64,000 nt of DNA from Macrostomum lignano (taxonomy: Eukaryota): assembly GCA_002269645.1 (NCBI GenBank), contig NIVC01001103.1:264847-328846 (forward strand). Direction: 5' to 3'. Numbering within the stretch: the first letter of the stretch is position 1; each line of letters starts with the position of its first letter. Both the position numbers and the translations under genes were made by a program. Of this stretch, positions 35,561 to 47,844 are shown in pieces. Below the pieces are notes generated by a model, which was not told the DNA's origin, made no database searches, and was given only the letters and a program-made list of their open reading frames with translations.

Positions 35561-37691
35561 AAAAGTCAGTCTTGGCCACAGTTTCAATATCCAACAACTT
35601 GGCGCCATCCCTAGCCAAGCGTAGACACCATTCTGATGCATTATATAGAAGTTTACTTTTTTGAAGCATGCCAGGGGATGTAGTAAGTGAGGCCTCCCAC
35701 TGCTCCCATCGACTATCATTTATTTTCCTTTATGTGAATTTGGACACCTAGTAAACTGCATTACTCCACTGACATCATCCCCTATATAGCAATCTTTTCC
35801 TCCTAGTGTACTTTTGGGAGCCTATTCATTGAATTTTTGTTTGTTGTTATTTTGAATAGGGTATTTCCAGTGTTAATCATCACTACCTAGTAATAGTATA
35901 CATATTCTTTTCTATTACCTGTAACCCTTTCTCCCAACCAGGGTAACCCCTTTCCTCTTGGTGGCTCATGAGAGCAGTATTTAAGTGTCTACATCCCCTT
36001 TCCTGCTAGACTTAGTGGAAAATCCCCTTCCTAGACTCCAAGTTTTGTAAGCTCAATTTCCTAACCTAAGCAGCTTCTCTCCCAATTAGCCAACTAATTA
36101 ACATTGCTTATTGCTAATAATTATTATTTGCTGAACTTTATCCTATTTAATAATAAAATGATAATAATAATATTCCATTACTATAGTGCATCAGCTATTT
36201 ATTAAGTAATTGATCATTTTTAAGCCAGTGTCTTAAGCTTTTATGACTTGAAAAGCATTTATTTGACCATTGGTAGACTAACAAAAAAAAGTTACTAGGC
36301 AAATTTGTGCCAATTAAGTCTTGAAACTTTTCTTTGCAAATTACCTGTGGTAGTAGCAACCTACTACTCTTAGTACAACACTTAGCAAATTTTAATTTTA
36401 TTTTAAGTTCTTTATAGCAGCTATATTTTTGCATTTTGGCATTCTAAGAGATAGGCCCTAGTATTAATTAGACCACTTAGCTATGGCCATAGCTACCTTA
36501 CCCCTAAGCCTAGGGAACTCAATAGCCAGAGCTCCCTTATTTTGCACCCCAAGTTAATTTGATTTTGTTTTAGTTACAAAGACTAACACTGATTAAAACA
36601 GTCTTCAATAGAGGAAAACACCCAACATGAGACTAAGAATCCAAATTTTTTGTCTTCAACCTCTTATCCTCAAGACCTTTATATTTAATGGTATTAGATA
36701 GGATAATATTTGTATAAATTTTAGACCCATTAATATCATATTTGGTATCATACCAACATTAAGATTTTTGTCAATCTAATAGTTTTAAATAATTTTAGAA
36801 TTATTGGCATTATATTAGGCCTAGTAAACTTTTTAAAAATGACTATTTTTGCTAAAAACAGATATTCTGTTTTAATTTTTTTCTTGCAAATTGCATTAAT
36901 CTAAATATATATTCTTTTTTGTTTTTAATTATTTTTTAAAGAGCTTTTGTTAGTTAATAGGGCCTATTCAACTATATAATTTTTATTAGACCTAAACTTG
37001 GCAATTTTTTGTATGCCATCTATCTATACTTCATATTGAACCTGAAATTCTATATGCTAAGATTTTAGTAAGGGCAAAATATACCAGATTTTTCTAGTAT
37101 AAAGGCTACTTTCTAGACTAGGGGGTATATGCCCTATATGGTGCACATTCCAAAGAATATGCTGAAATAATTGCACCTTCCTAATTAAGGTATATAAAGA
37201 CATAGAAAGCTATACTAATTTTTGTTTTTTAAATTCTAAGCCTAATCTTCTCATTGAATATTACAAAAAAGCCAAGACAAGGGCCTATGTTTTCAACAAA
37301 ACAAGTGATTTTTAATATATAAGCCTATACTATATATAGCCCCCTTTAATTTATGTTACATTGTATTGTATACTGATATTTTATATAAAGGTTTAGACAA
37401 AGTATTATATTTTATATATTTATTGTTAAAAACATTGATAACACTTTATATGTTTTGTTATAAGTTTGTTTATCAAAAGCTATGCTGCAAAAGCAGTCAG
37501 TTAAAACATTAGCAATTTAATTTACAGTAGGCCCTAATACATGTAACTAGGAGTTGGATTATTTGTATCGCTGGATTTATTTGCATTGCTGCTCCAAGAG
37601 GAACACAAGAGGAGATCCATCAGGTCTCCTCGGACTTGGCATGCATGTACGAGTACATGCGTGGTTGCTTGTATAATTACAATTTCCGAGT

Positions 37692-39420
37692 CTAAAACTT
37701 TGATGCATAGAAGTCTTGGTATCTTGCAGCCAGAGGGTACTCCGGCACTTCGTGATGTTGATGAAGCTTTGGCCTGTGGCACTGATGGCACAGGTTTAAG
37801 ACTTGCTGCTGGTACAGCTGATAAAGATGATGCTGCTGCTGCTGCTGCCGCTGCGGAGCCGGTCCAAAAAGTTGCTGATAGTTGGTGACCATCTTTTTTA
37901 GGCGACTGTTCTCCAGTTCAAGATCTTTCAGTTTCTAAAATCGGAGGCACAGACTTCGTTAGTTTTAACAAATTTGATTTAAGAAAGAATGCTTTTATAT
38001 TGTAAACCGAAAACTTTTACACAACGGGACACATTAACATATTAACATATTTTGTTTTACTCGTATGAAGTTTCATGAAGATGAAGCCTTATGATTAAAA
38101 AGTGACAAAAATTTCTCGATAGTGTCTTCTTCGTCGAAACGACGGCCTTCGAAAATATTCTTCTTAGAAACGAAGTTCCCGCGTCCTAAGCCGCCGAATC
38201 GAACTCCAAGAAAGATTTAAGCATGACGAGAAACTTCATTTCGTAGAAAAACTGTAAGACTGGCTTCATGCGAAAAATGCACCAGGAAGGTAGGAAGGAA
38301 TCTTTCTACAAAAATAGCGATAAAAACGATCTTTCATAACGACATGCTTACTTCGTCGCTCCATTGATTTTTAAAGCTTTCTCTCTAATAAGAAGTTATT
38401 CATAAACTGTTTTATACTTTTAGCTAATGAGATTTTCAAATGACCAAATAGTCTCGCAATTAATTTTTCAGTATTCGATCTGTTTCCACAATAAAACATT
38501 TCTGTTGCGCCGAAACATGAAAAGTTTCGATCACGGTAGCTAGTGCATTTATTCACAGCCAGCCTTCAAAAACTTCCTTAGAAACGAAGTTTCTTATCGC
38601 CCTTCCCCCTTTTCGAATATCTGCTCAACTCAACTCACGGTCTTCATTTTGGTCTCCTTGGACTTCTTGTTTTCCCGGCACCTTCTGGCTGACAATTTGT
38701 TTCGCTCCCGTCGGTCCTCCATCTTCCGGCGGGCCTCTTCGCTGAGCTGCTCGGCAGAGGGGGGGGCAGGGGTGGCAGGATTTAGTGCGAGCTGATAGCT
38801 CTGTGCATCTAGCCGAATTCATGTGCGTGAGCAAATCCTAAATTCCTTTGAAATATCCGCATTAACCTTGGGGGAACCCTGGTTACCCCTCGAGATAATC
38901 ATGGTTATACCCTTAGAGAGACCCTGGTTACCCAGCTTAGAGATACCCTGCATGGTTACCCAGCTTAGAGATACCCTGCATGGTTACCCAGCTTAGAGAT
39001 ACCCTGGTTACCCTTAGAGAGACCCTGGTTACCCTTAGAGAGACCCTGGTTACCCTTAGAGAGACCCTGGTTACCCTTAGAGAGACCCTGGTTACCCTTA
39101 GAGAGACCCTGGTTACCCTTAGAGATACCCTGGTTACCCTTATAGAGACCCTGGTTACCCTTAGAAAGACCCTGGTTACCCTTAGAGAGACCCTGGTTAC
39201 CTTTAGAGAGACCCTGATTACCCTTAGAGAGACCCTGGTTACCCCTTGAGATCTCACTGAAAGGACTCACCTGCGGTGGCTGTGCCCTGACCGCGGCCAA
39301 TTCCTTCGGATCAATTTCATCTTTGCCGCTATTTATTCTGCTAAGGAGTATCTTGCACTTCAGCTCCTCCATGACCAGCCGCCTGTACTCCTGCTGATGA
39401 TCTTGGTCGTTCTGCTGCTG
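37692..39420 (-). CDS. bZIP transcription factor C (Fos/ATF3 family, divergent, short zipper, Gln/His-rich tail); complement(join(37692..37934,38639..38746,39271..39420)); first ATG at 39372
   Basis: Phase-0 GT-AG introns. The 108-nt exon encodes LSEEARRKMEDRRERNKLSARRCRENKKSKETKMKT, then KLKDLELENSRLKKMV. N-terminal RLVMEELKCKILLSRI resembles ATF3 PFVKEELRFAIQNK. The basic-region exon was missed by the ORF track. Confidence 0.82.
38865..39250. repeat. 21-bp minisatellite GGTTACCCTTAGAGAGACCCT, ~18 copies (intron of bZIP C)
   Basis: Direct reading. Confidence 0.95.
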
Positions 39421-39471
39421 CTGTTAAAGTTTTATGTGTACAGATTATAAGCGCAGTTCGAGCTATTCTTT

Positions 39472-40050
39472 TTCCTGTGTCAGCTGCGTCTCCCTGTGTC
39501 AGCTGCGTCTACTACCTGTGTCAGTTGGGTCTCTACTCTCTGTGTCAGTTGGGTCTCTACTCCCTGTGTCAGTTGGGTCTCCCTGTGTCAGCTGGGTATC
39601 CCTGTGTCAGCTGGGTCTCCCTGTGTCAGCTGCGTCTCCCTGTGTCAGCTGCGTCTCCCTGTGTCAGCTGCGTCTCCCTGTGTCAGCTGCGTCTCCCTGT
39701 GTCAGCTGCGTCTCCCTGTGTCAGCTGCGTCTCCCTGTGTCAGCTGCGTCTCCCTGTGTCAGCTGCGTCTCCCTGTGTCAGCTGCGTCTCCCTGTGTCAG
39801 CTGCGTCTCCCTGTGTCAGCTGCGTCTCCCTGTGTCAGCTGCGTCTCTACTACCTGTGTCAGTTGGGTCTCTACTCCCTGTGTCAGCTGCGTCTCCCTGT
39901 GTCAGCTGCGTCTCTACTACCTGTGTCAGTTGGGTCTCTACTCCCTGTGTCAGCTGGGTCTCTACTCCCTGTGTCAGCTGCGTCTCTACTCCCTGTGTCA
40001 GCTGGGTCTCTACTCTCTGTGTCAACTTCTACTCCCCTGTCAGTGCCAGA
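39472..40050. repeat. 19-bp minisatellite GTCAGCTGCGTCTCCCTGT (25-bp variants), ~28 copies
   Basis: Direct reading; source of ORFs 39434-40148. Confidence 0.95.
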
Positions 40051-41179
40051 TAGATTTATGTGTGTATTCTCCCCTAAATAAATGCCAGCAGCTTACCGTC
40101 ATGATGAGATGTGCACCTGAAGAAGCGAAGGATAGCACAGTTTCATAAAAATGTGTCAATTATTCACTATTAGAGTAGCAGCTGTACCAAGCCAATAAGA
40201 TTGGTTCAACTCAAGCAGCACTTACAACGCTGGGGTTTATATAGAGCAGCCGTGAGCTATTAAAGATCGCCATAGCTGGTAGCGTTTATCTCAGTACTAG
40301 CCACTAGCGTAAATTAGATGATTGAACGATGCGAAAATGAGGTGGCACGCGGATATGCTTATGCATCCCGTATCAATAATTTTGTAGTTAGCCAACGCCC
40401 CCCCTCCAGCCAGCTCACCCGCCGCCGCAGCGCAATTCCGCAGCCACCGGTGATTTGATAAGAATGCGGCCGCAAATTTTTTCAGCGATGACGTGTGGCT
40501 GTAAAAATTAGCCAAGCCAAAGCCAGCCGCCATCCACTATTACATGCAGGTGAGCAGGTCATTTTACACTAACAAGGACCCCGATAGATTTCTGCATTCT
40601 CTATCAACCGATGTTGTCAACCGGATTAACAGATTTTCTATAATGATAAAACTGAATTACTTTTTATATTTTGTTGCACAGAACTTAAGATGAGTGTCCG
40701 ATCCAAGTTAAGCGCTGTTGGTCCTGGCTAGTATAGGAAGTCATTAAGCTTTAGCTGTGCTTATGTGCGACCTCTAATACAGTCTCAGCAGCTCGGCGGT
40801 GTTCGACTCCAACACAAGGACCACTAGGATGTGCAAGGAAATTGGATCAGTGTGTTGTTGTTGTGCAATTCGAAACTCCTACATGTACAGGCACAGAAAT
40901 TGTACACAATACACAATCTGACGATTAGAAAGTCAGGGCCGCTGTACACCCTGTGTGAGCATGTGCATGAGTGCCTGTCTGCGTACAGCATTGGCGCGCT
41001 TGCCTGTGCTCAGGAGTCAGCGGAATTGGAAGAATGGCTTCAGCGCGTGGTTGCCGAAGGCGTTACGCCAAGTTCTTGCCTAAAATGCTACCGGTCAGCA
41101 GGAAAACTACCGGCGAAGTTTCAGCAGTCCCTGACTCTGCATGGCGTGCATTTTTTTCTGGCTCAGATGTTTTTCTACC

Positions 41180-41850
41180 GGATTTGTCTATGGCGCAACC
41201 CCATTTGCACATGAAACTCGGATTTGTCTATGGCGCAACCGGCCATTTGCACATGAAACCCGGATTTATCTATGGCGCAACCCAATTTGCACATGAAACT
41301 CTGATTTGTCTATGGCGTAACCCCATTTGCACATGAAACCCGGATTTGTCTATGGCGCAACCCCATTTGCACATGAAACTCGGATTTGTCTATGGCGCAA
41401 CCGGCCATTTGCACATGAAACCCGGATTTATCTATGGCGCAACCCAATTTGCACATGAAACTCTGATTTGTCTATGGCGTAACCCCATTTGCACATGAAA
41501 CCCGGATTTGTCTATGGCGCAACCGGCCATTTGCACATGAAACCCGGATTTATCTATGGCGCAACCCAATTTGCACATGAAACTCTGATTTGTCTATGGC
41601 GTAACCCCATTTGCACATGAAACCCGGATTTATCTATGACGCAACCCCATTTGCACATGAAACCCGGATTTGTCTATGGCGCAACCGGCCATTTGCACAT
41701 GAAACCCGGATTTGTTTATGGCGCAACCCCATTTGCACATGAAACCCGGATTTGTTTATGGCGCAACCCCATTTGCACATGAAACCCGGATTTGTCTATG
41801 GCGCAACCTCATTTGTAGATGAAACCCGGATTTGTCTATGGCGAAACCCC
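41180..41850. repeat. ~40-bp minisatellite CCGGATTTGTCTATGGCGCAACCCCATTTGCACATGAAAC, ~16 copies
   Basis: Direct reading. Confidence 0.95.
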
Positions 41851-42599
41851 AACCCCGTTTGCCCATGTACAAAAAAGCAAATCTGTTTTAGAAAGCCAAA
41901 CTGTCTATTTTTTAGCCTTGCCGCTTCTTGAGAATATTTTTCAAACTTTTCTTGAAACACTTGCGCATCAACCTCGGAAAAAAACATGTCATGGGGAACT
42001 CGAAAGTGAGTGCAGAAAGTGGGATATCACGCATTGGGAGTCAAGCTAATTTTCCTCTCATCTCATCAAAAAAGAATAAAAAGCCGCACACATAAACAAC
42101 TGTTTAGAGCAGCAATTTCAAATGCAGGAAAGCGATCTGAGATGTACTTTTATTAAACAGTACAGGGAGTACTCTATCAGGCGGAACACACAGTTGACAA
42201 TAATTCGAAAAAGCAAATCCTTTAATTAGAGAATAAAAAATGACAATGGCTGATCTCACATGATTTTGCAGAATGAATGCTACTAGATTTACTATTCTGC
42301 ACATTGAATCACAGTTATTGGCATTGATTTTGGATATCTATTTTTTATTCATCTCTGTACAGCAGAAAAAAATCAATATTGAACTTCGCTCTGTTAATAA
42401 CTGCAGACTGTAAAGGCACTTCAACGTGCTGTATTGTTGCGGATGGAAACCAGCACCATAGCAACGAGTGTTTACCACCCTGGAAACACCTTGAGAAACT
42501 TATTAAATGACTGAAGATTTTGGCTCGGAGTTAGACTGGATTGGGATCATGATCAGAAGCGTGCTCTGGCTGGGATCAGGGATGGGATCAAAGCTAGCA

Positions 42600-43715
42600 T
42601 CATGGCTATGGTCATAGTCAAGATCATTGAGCTGGGATCATTTAGCTGGCATTAAAGCTGGGATCAAAGCTGGGATCTAGCTGGGATCAAAGCTGGAATC
42701 GTAGTCAAGATCTAGCTGGAATCTAGCTGGGATCATAGGGATCTACCTGGGATCTAGCTGGGATCATATCTGGGATCTAGCTTGGATCAAATCAGGGATG
42801 TAGCTGGGATCTAGCTTGGATCAAATCAGGGATCTAGCTGGGATCATAGTCGGGATCTAACTGGGATCATAGCTGGGATATAGCTGGGATCATAGCTGGG
42901 ATCTAGCTGGGATCATAGCTGGGATCTAGCTGGGATCTAGCTGGGATCTAGCTGGGATCTAACTGGGATCATAGCTGGGATATAGCTGGGATCATAGCTG
43001 GGATCTAGCTGGGATCTAGCTGGGATCATAGCTGGGATCTAGCTGGGATCTAGCTGGGATCATAGCTGGGATCTAGCTGGGATCTAGCTGGGATGTAGCT
43101 GGGATCATAATAGGGATCTAGCTGGGATCATAGTCGGGATCTAACTGGGATCATAGCTGGGATATAGCTGGGATCTAACTGGGATCATAGCTGGGATATA
43201 GCTGGGATCATAGCTGGGATCTAGCTGGGATCTAGCTGGGATCATAGCTGGGATCTAGCTGGGATCTAGCTGGGATCATAGCTGGGATCTAGCTGGGATC
43301 TAGCTGGGATGTAGCTGGGATCATAATAGGGATCTAGCTGGGATCATAGTCGGGATCTAACTGGGATCATAGCTGGGATATAGCTGGGATCATAGCTGGG
43401 ATCTAGCTGGGATCATAGCTGGGATCTAGCTGGGATCTAGCTGGGATCTAGCTGGGATCTAACTGGGATCATAGCTGGGATATAGCTGGGATCATAGCTG
43501 GGATCTAGCTGGGATCTAGCTGGGATCATAGCTGGGATCTAGCTGGGATCTAGCTGGGATCATAGCTGGGATCTAGCTGGGATCTAGCTGGGATCTAGCT
43601 GGGATCATAGCTGGGATGTAGCTGGGATCATAGTCGGGATCTAGCTGGGATCATAGTCGGGATATAGCTGGGATCATAGCTGGGATCTAGCTACGATCTA
43701 GCTGGGATCTAGCTG
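42600..43715. repeat. 11/12-bp minisatellite GCTGGGATCTA / GCTGGGATCATA, ~95 copies
   Basis: Direct reading. Confidence 0.95.
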
Positions 43716-46700
43716 GGATCTGGAATCCTGATTGAGATGACGGCAATCCGTAGCAAAGCTGGTAGATGACGCAGTTTCCAAAATCTGGCGAACATTCAGC
43801 AGCAGGCGGCTCAGCCACGGATCCAGCGGGTCGGCCTGCTCCAGCCGCCGGGTCAGGAAGCTGAGCAGGCAGCTGGGAGATGGGAAGTCGCCAAGCAGCT
43901 CGGCAAATTCCTGCCTGGCCGAATCGAGGCAGCGCCTCAGCCTGAGCAGCTCGAGTTCGCTGTGCCGGATTTGCTGGAGAAATAGAACAGTAGAATAGAA
44001 CAATAAGATAGAACAATATGATAGGACAATAGGATAGAACAATAGGATAGAACAATAGAATAGAACAATAGGATAGAACAATAGGATAGACCAATAGGAT
44101 AGAACAATAAGATAAAACAATAGGATAGAACAATAGGATAGAACAATAGGATAGAACACTAGGATGGAACAGTAGGATAGAGCACTAGGATAGAACAGTA
44201 GGATAGAACAATAGGATAGAACAATAAGATAGAGCACTAGGATAGAGCACTAGGATAGAACAGTAGGATAGAGCACTAGGATAGAACAGTAGGATAGAAC
44301 AATAGGATAGAACAATAAGATAGAGCACTAGGATAGAGCACTAGGATAGAACAGTAGGATAGAACAATAGGATAGAACAATAAGATAGAGCACTAGGATA
44401 GAGCACTAGGATAGAACAGTAGGATAGAGCACTAGGATAGAACAATAGGATAGAACAATAAGATAGAGCACTAGGATAGATCACTAGGATAGAGCACTAG
44501 GATAGAACAATAGGATAGAACAATAGGGTAGAACAACAGGATAGAACAATAGGATAGAGCAACAGGATATAAGAATTTTCAGGAGAGAACGGTAGAATAA
44601 AAAATAGAATGGAACAACTGGAAGGCCCGGGATGGGCCAGGGAAGCCTCTGTGTTCGCTTTGCTCATGCAGAATCCATAATTGTATAATTTACACAAAAC
44701 AGAAACACCGAGTTACAGAGCAGCCTCTCACATAATTTGGTATATAACTCCAATTTTCTGCGGCCGATTTTGATAATTATTCAAAGCATTCAAGGCGGCA
44801 GTTTTTTCTATTAGTACTCGGTGAACTTTGGAAAAGAGACAATTTCCCAATTTTCGATACTTAACCGAGACCGAAATGCTGCTAGCAGTGAAAGGTGGTG
44901 GTTATGAGACTTTGAGCCAAGTCAGCCAGTCTATAAACAGCTTAGGTAAACAGACTGATAAGGAAGCCCTGTGTAAGTGCTTGTTATCTGTCCACAGCCT
45001 TCAGTGCAGAAGTGTATCAATCTAGGCATCTACTTGACCAAAAGTGGACGCTAGTTAATTACTAATCTGCATCAGATTAAATTGCAAGCCACAAACTTTA
45101 AAATTGAATAACAAAGTAAATATGCTTTTTTACAGTAGCTAATTTTTGCTGTGCTTAGCTGATGAAACCGGTGTCTGGAACAAGTGAAGTCTGTGTGTAT
45201 AGAACAGGTGAAGTTCGTGTCTAGAACAGGTGAAGTTCGTGTCTAAAACAGGTGAAGTTCGTGTCTAGAACAGGTAAAGCCCGTGTCTATAACAGGTAAA
45301 GCCCGTGTCTATAACAGGTAAAGCCCGTATCTATAACCAGTAAAGCCCGTATCTATAACCGGTAAAGCCCGTGTCTATAACAGGTAAACCCCGTATATAG
45401 AACAGGTAAAGCCCATGTCTATAACAGGCAAAGCCCGTGTCTATAACAGGTAAAGCCCGTGTCTATGACTGCTAAAGCACGTATCTATAACCGGTAAAGC
45501 CCTTGTCTATAACAGGTAAACCCCGTGTCTGTAACAGGTAAACCCCGTATCTATAACAGGTAAAGTCCGTGTCTATAGCAGGTAAAACCTGTATCTAGAA
45601 CAGGTAAAGCCCGTGTCTATAACAGGTAAACCCCGTATATAGAACAGGTAAAGCCCATGTCTATAACAGGCAAAGCCCGTGTCTATAACAGGTAAAGCCC
45701 GTGTCTATGACTGCTAAAGCACGTATCTATAACCGGTAAAGCCCTTGTCTATAACAGGTAAACCCCGTGTCTGTAACAGGTAAACCCCGTATCTATAACA
45801 GGTAAAGTCCGTGTCTATAGCAGGTAAAACCTGTATCTAGAACAGGTAAAGCCCGTGTCTATAACAGGTAAACCCCGTATATAGAACAGGTAAAGCCCAT
45901 GTCTATAACAGGCAAAGCCCGTGTCTATAACAGGTAAAGCCCGTGTCTATGACTGCTAAAGCACGTATCTATAACCGGTAAAGCCCTTGTCTATAACAGG
46001 TAAACCCCGTGTCTGTAACAGGTAAACCCCGTATCTATAACAGGTAAAGTCCGTGTCTATAGCAGGTAAAACCTGTGTCTAGAACAGGTAAAGCCCGTGT
46101 CTATAGCAGGTAAAACCTGTGTCTAGAACAGGTAAAGCCCGTGTCTATGACAGGTAAAACCTGTGTCTAGAACAGGTAAAGCCCGTGCCTATGACAGGTA
46201 AAACCTGTGTCTAGAACAGGTAAAGCCCGTGTCTATGACTGCTAAAGCACGTATCTATAACCGGTAAAGCCCTTGTCTATAACAGGTAAACCCCGTGTCT
46301 GTAACAGGTAAACCCCGTATCTATAACAGGTAAAGTCCGTGTCTATAGCAGGTAATACCTGTGTCTAGAACAGGTAAAGCCCGTGTCTATAACAGGTAAA
46401 CCCCGTATATAGAACAGGTAAAGCCCATGTCTATAACAGGCAAAGCCCGTGTCTATAACAGGTAAACCCCGTGTCTGTAACAGGTAAACCCCGTATCTAT
46501 AACAGGTAAAGTCCGTGTCTATAGCAGGTAAAACCTGTGTCTAGAACAGGTAAAGCCCGTGTCTATGACAGGTAAAACCTGTGTCTAGAACAGGTAAAGC
46601 CCGTGTCTATGACAGGCAAAACCTGTGTCTAGAACAGGTAAAGCCCGTGTCTATGACAGGTAAAACCTGTGTCTAGAACAGGTAAAGCATGTGTATAGAA

Positions 46701-47612
46701 CAGGTGAAGCTTGTGTCGTGTCTGAAAGAGGTAAAGACCTGTCTAGAACAGGTAAAGCCTCTGACAAGAACATGTGAAATTTGTGTCTAGAGCAGGTAAA
46801 GCCCGTGTCTATAACAGGTAAAAGCTGTGTCGAGAACAGGTAAAGCCAGTGTCTATAACAGGTAAATCCCGTGTCTAGAACAGGTAAAGTTCATGCCTGT
46901 AACAGACAAAGCCGGTGTACGAGTACAAATAATTACCGGATTAGTCTGGGAGGTGGATCCTACAACCAACAAGTCACCAACCTCAGTCAGCTGGGAGAAC
47001 TCCAGCCGTCGCTTCGCCCGGCACCTCCTCGCCGCCAACCGGTTGCCCGCCCGCCGTCTCTCCTGCATTTGCAGCGTCTCCTCGCTTAACTGCATGTGGA
47101 AAACATGGATTTGGGACAAAACGCTATCCTGGCTACTAATAGCGGTGTAATAAGCATTTTTGATTCCAAATTTACGCTGCCAATGAATAAATGCGTCATA
47201 GCACGCCGAGAAGGTAGAGTTTGGCGGATTCTCCAATGCACTAATAAGTCCCGTCTGCCTGTCTGCCTGTCTGGAACTCCGGTGCAGCCCCGTGTGCGCC
47301 TTTTGAACACAAATGTCAGCTGATTAGCCTGGGGCAGCGCACCTATACCTATATTGGTCTTCCAGACGGATGCTCATTCATTAATGCCCCCCCCGCCATG
47401 ACTCACAGGCGATTCAACATTTCTCTCGGTGTCCTCAACAGCCGAGGCGGACAGCGAGCGGCCCTGCCGAAGCAGCTTGAGCTGAATCTGGCAGCTCAGC
47501 TCCTCGCGCACCAGCCAGCTGAGCAGCCGACCCTCTTCGGGCGCCTCGCTTGGCCGCTGGCTCGGCCCGGCCTGGCCGCTGCCGCCGCTGCCGCTGCCGC
47601 TAGCCAGCTTTG
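43698..47612 (-). CDS. bZIP transcription factor B (ATF3/JDP2-like, degenerate zipper), 5' end unresolved; complement(join(43698..43973,46982..47089,47407..47612))
   Basis: Exon 47407-47612 encodes LLSWLVREELSCQIQLKLLRQG (ATF3 N-terminal motif) and ends CCT|GTGAGT. The 108-nt exon encodes LSEETLQMQERRRAGNRLAARRCRAKRRLEFSQLTE. Acceptor TTTCTCCAG|CAA leads into QIRHSELELLRLRRCL. No in-frame ATG in the first identified exon. Confidence 0.78.
43983..44565. repeat. 13-bp minisatellite TAGGATAGAACAA, ~44 copies, abutting the bZIP B acceptor
   Basis: Direct reading. Confidence 0.95.
45170..46890. repeat. 22-bp minisatellite AACAGGTAAAGCCCGTGTCTAT, ~78 copies, with a 242-bp (11-mer) higher-order repeat
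   Basis: The variant GACTGCTAAAGCAC occurs at 45467, 45709, 45951 and 46237. Confidence 0.96.
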
Positions 47613-47616
47613 CTGA

Positions 47617-47635
47617 GCGTCACGTGATTTCCGGT
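47617..47635. promoter_or_regulatory. Composite CRE/E-box + ETS motif (GCGTCACGTGATTTCCGGT); a second GTCACGTGAC lies near 47770
   Basis: Consensus TCACGTGA and CCGGAAAT (minus strand) lie immediately upstream of the first identified bZIP B exon. Confidence 0.35.
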
Positions 47636-47844
47636 TTTTGGCCGGGTCGCTGCGCCAAGCCAATTTTAGCAGTAATTAGTCAGCATGTACATGAATAATA
47701 ATGGGAACACGTATATAAATAGCTAAAATCTTAATCTCAGTCCGATCTGGTGTAAGAAAACGGCCGTAGGTCACGTGACAGAGTGAAAGACAGTGCGGAG
47801 AACGAGACAATAGGAGAGAAGAATGAGACAGTCATGCGAAATAG

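Noticed and set aside
40419-40533. ORF MAAGFGLAN... as the first coding exon of bZIP C
   Set aside because: Its GTGAG donor is phase 1, incompatible with C's phase-0 acceptor; at most a UTR exon.
40721-40822. tRNA-like segment (GGTCCT...GTTCGACTCC...AGGACCA)
   Set aside because: Partial acceptor-stem pairing, but the T-stem does not pair and the length is atypical; a tRNAscan-SE run would settle it.
40831-41336. Plus-strand ORFs of 127/121 aa
   Set aside because: No recognisable motif or splice framework, and both run into the 40-bp array.
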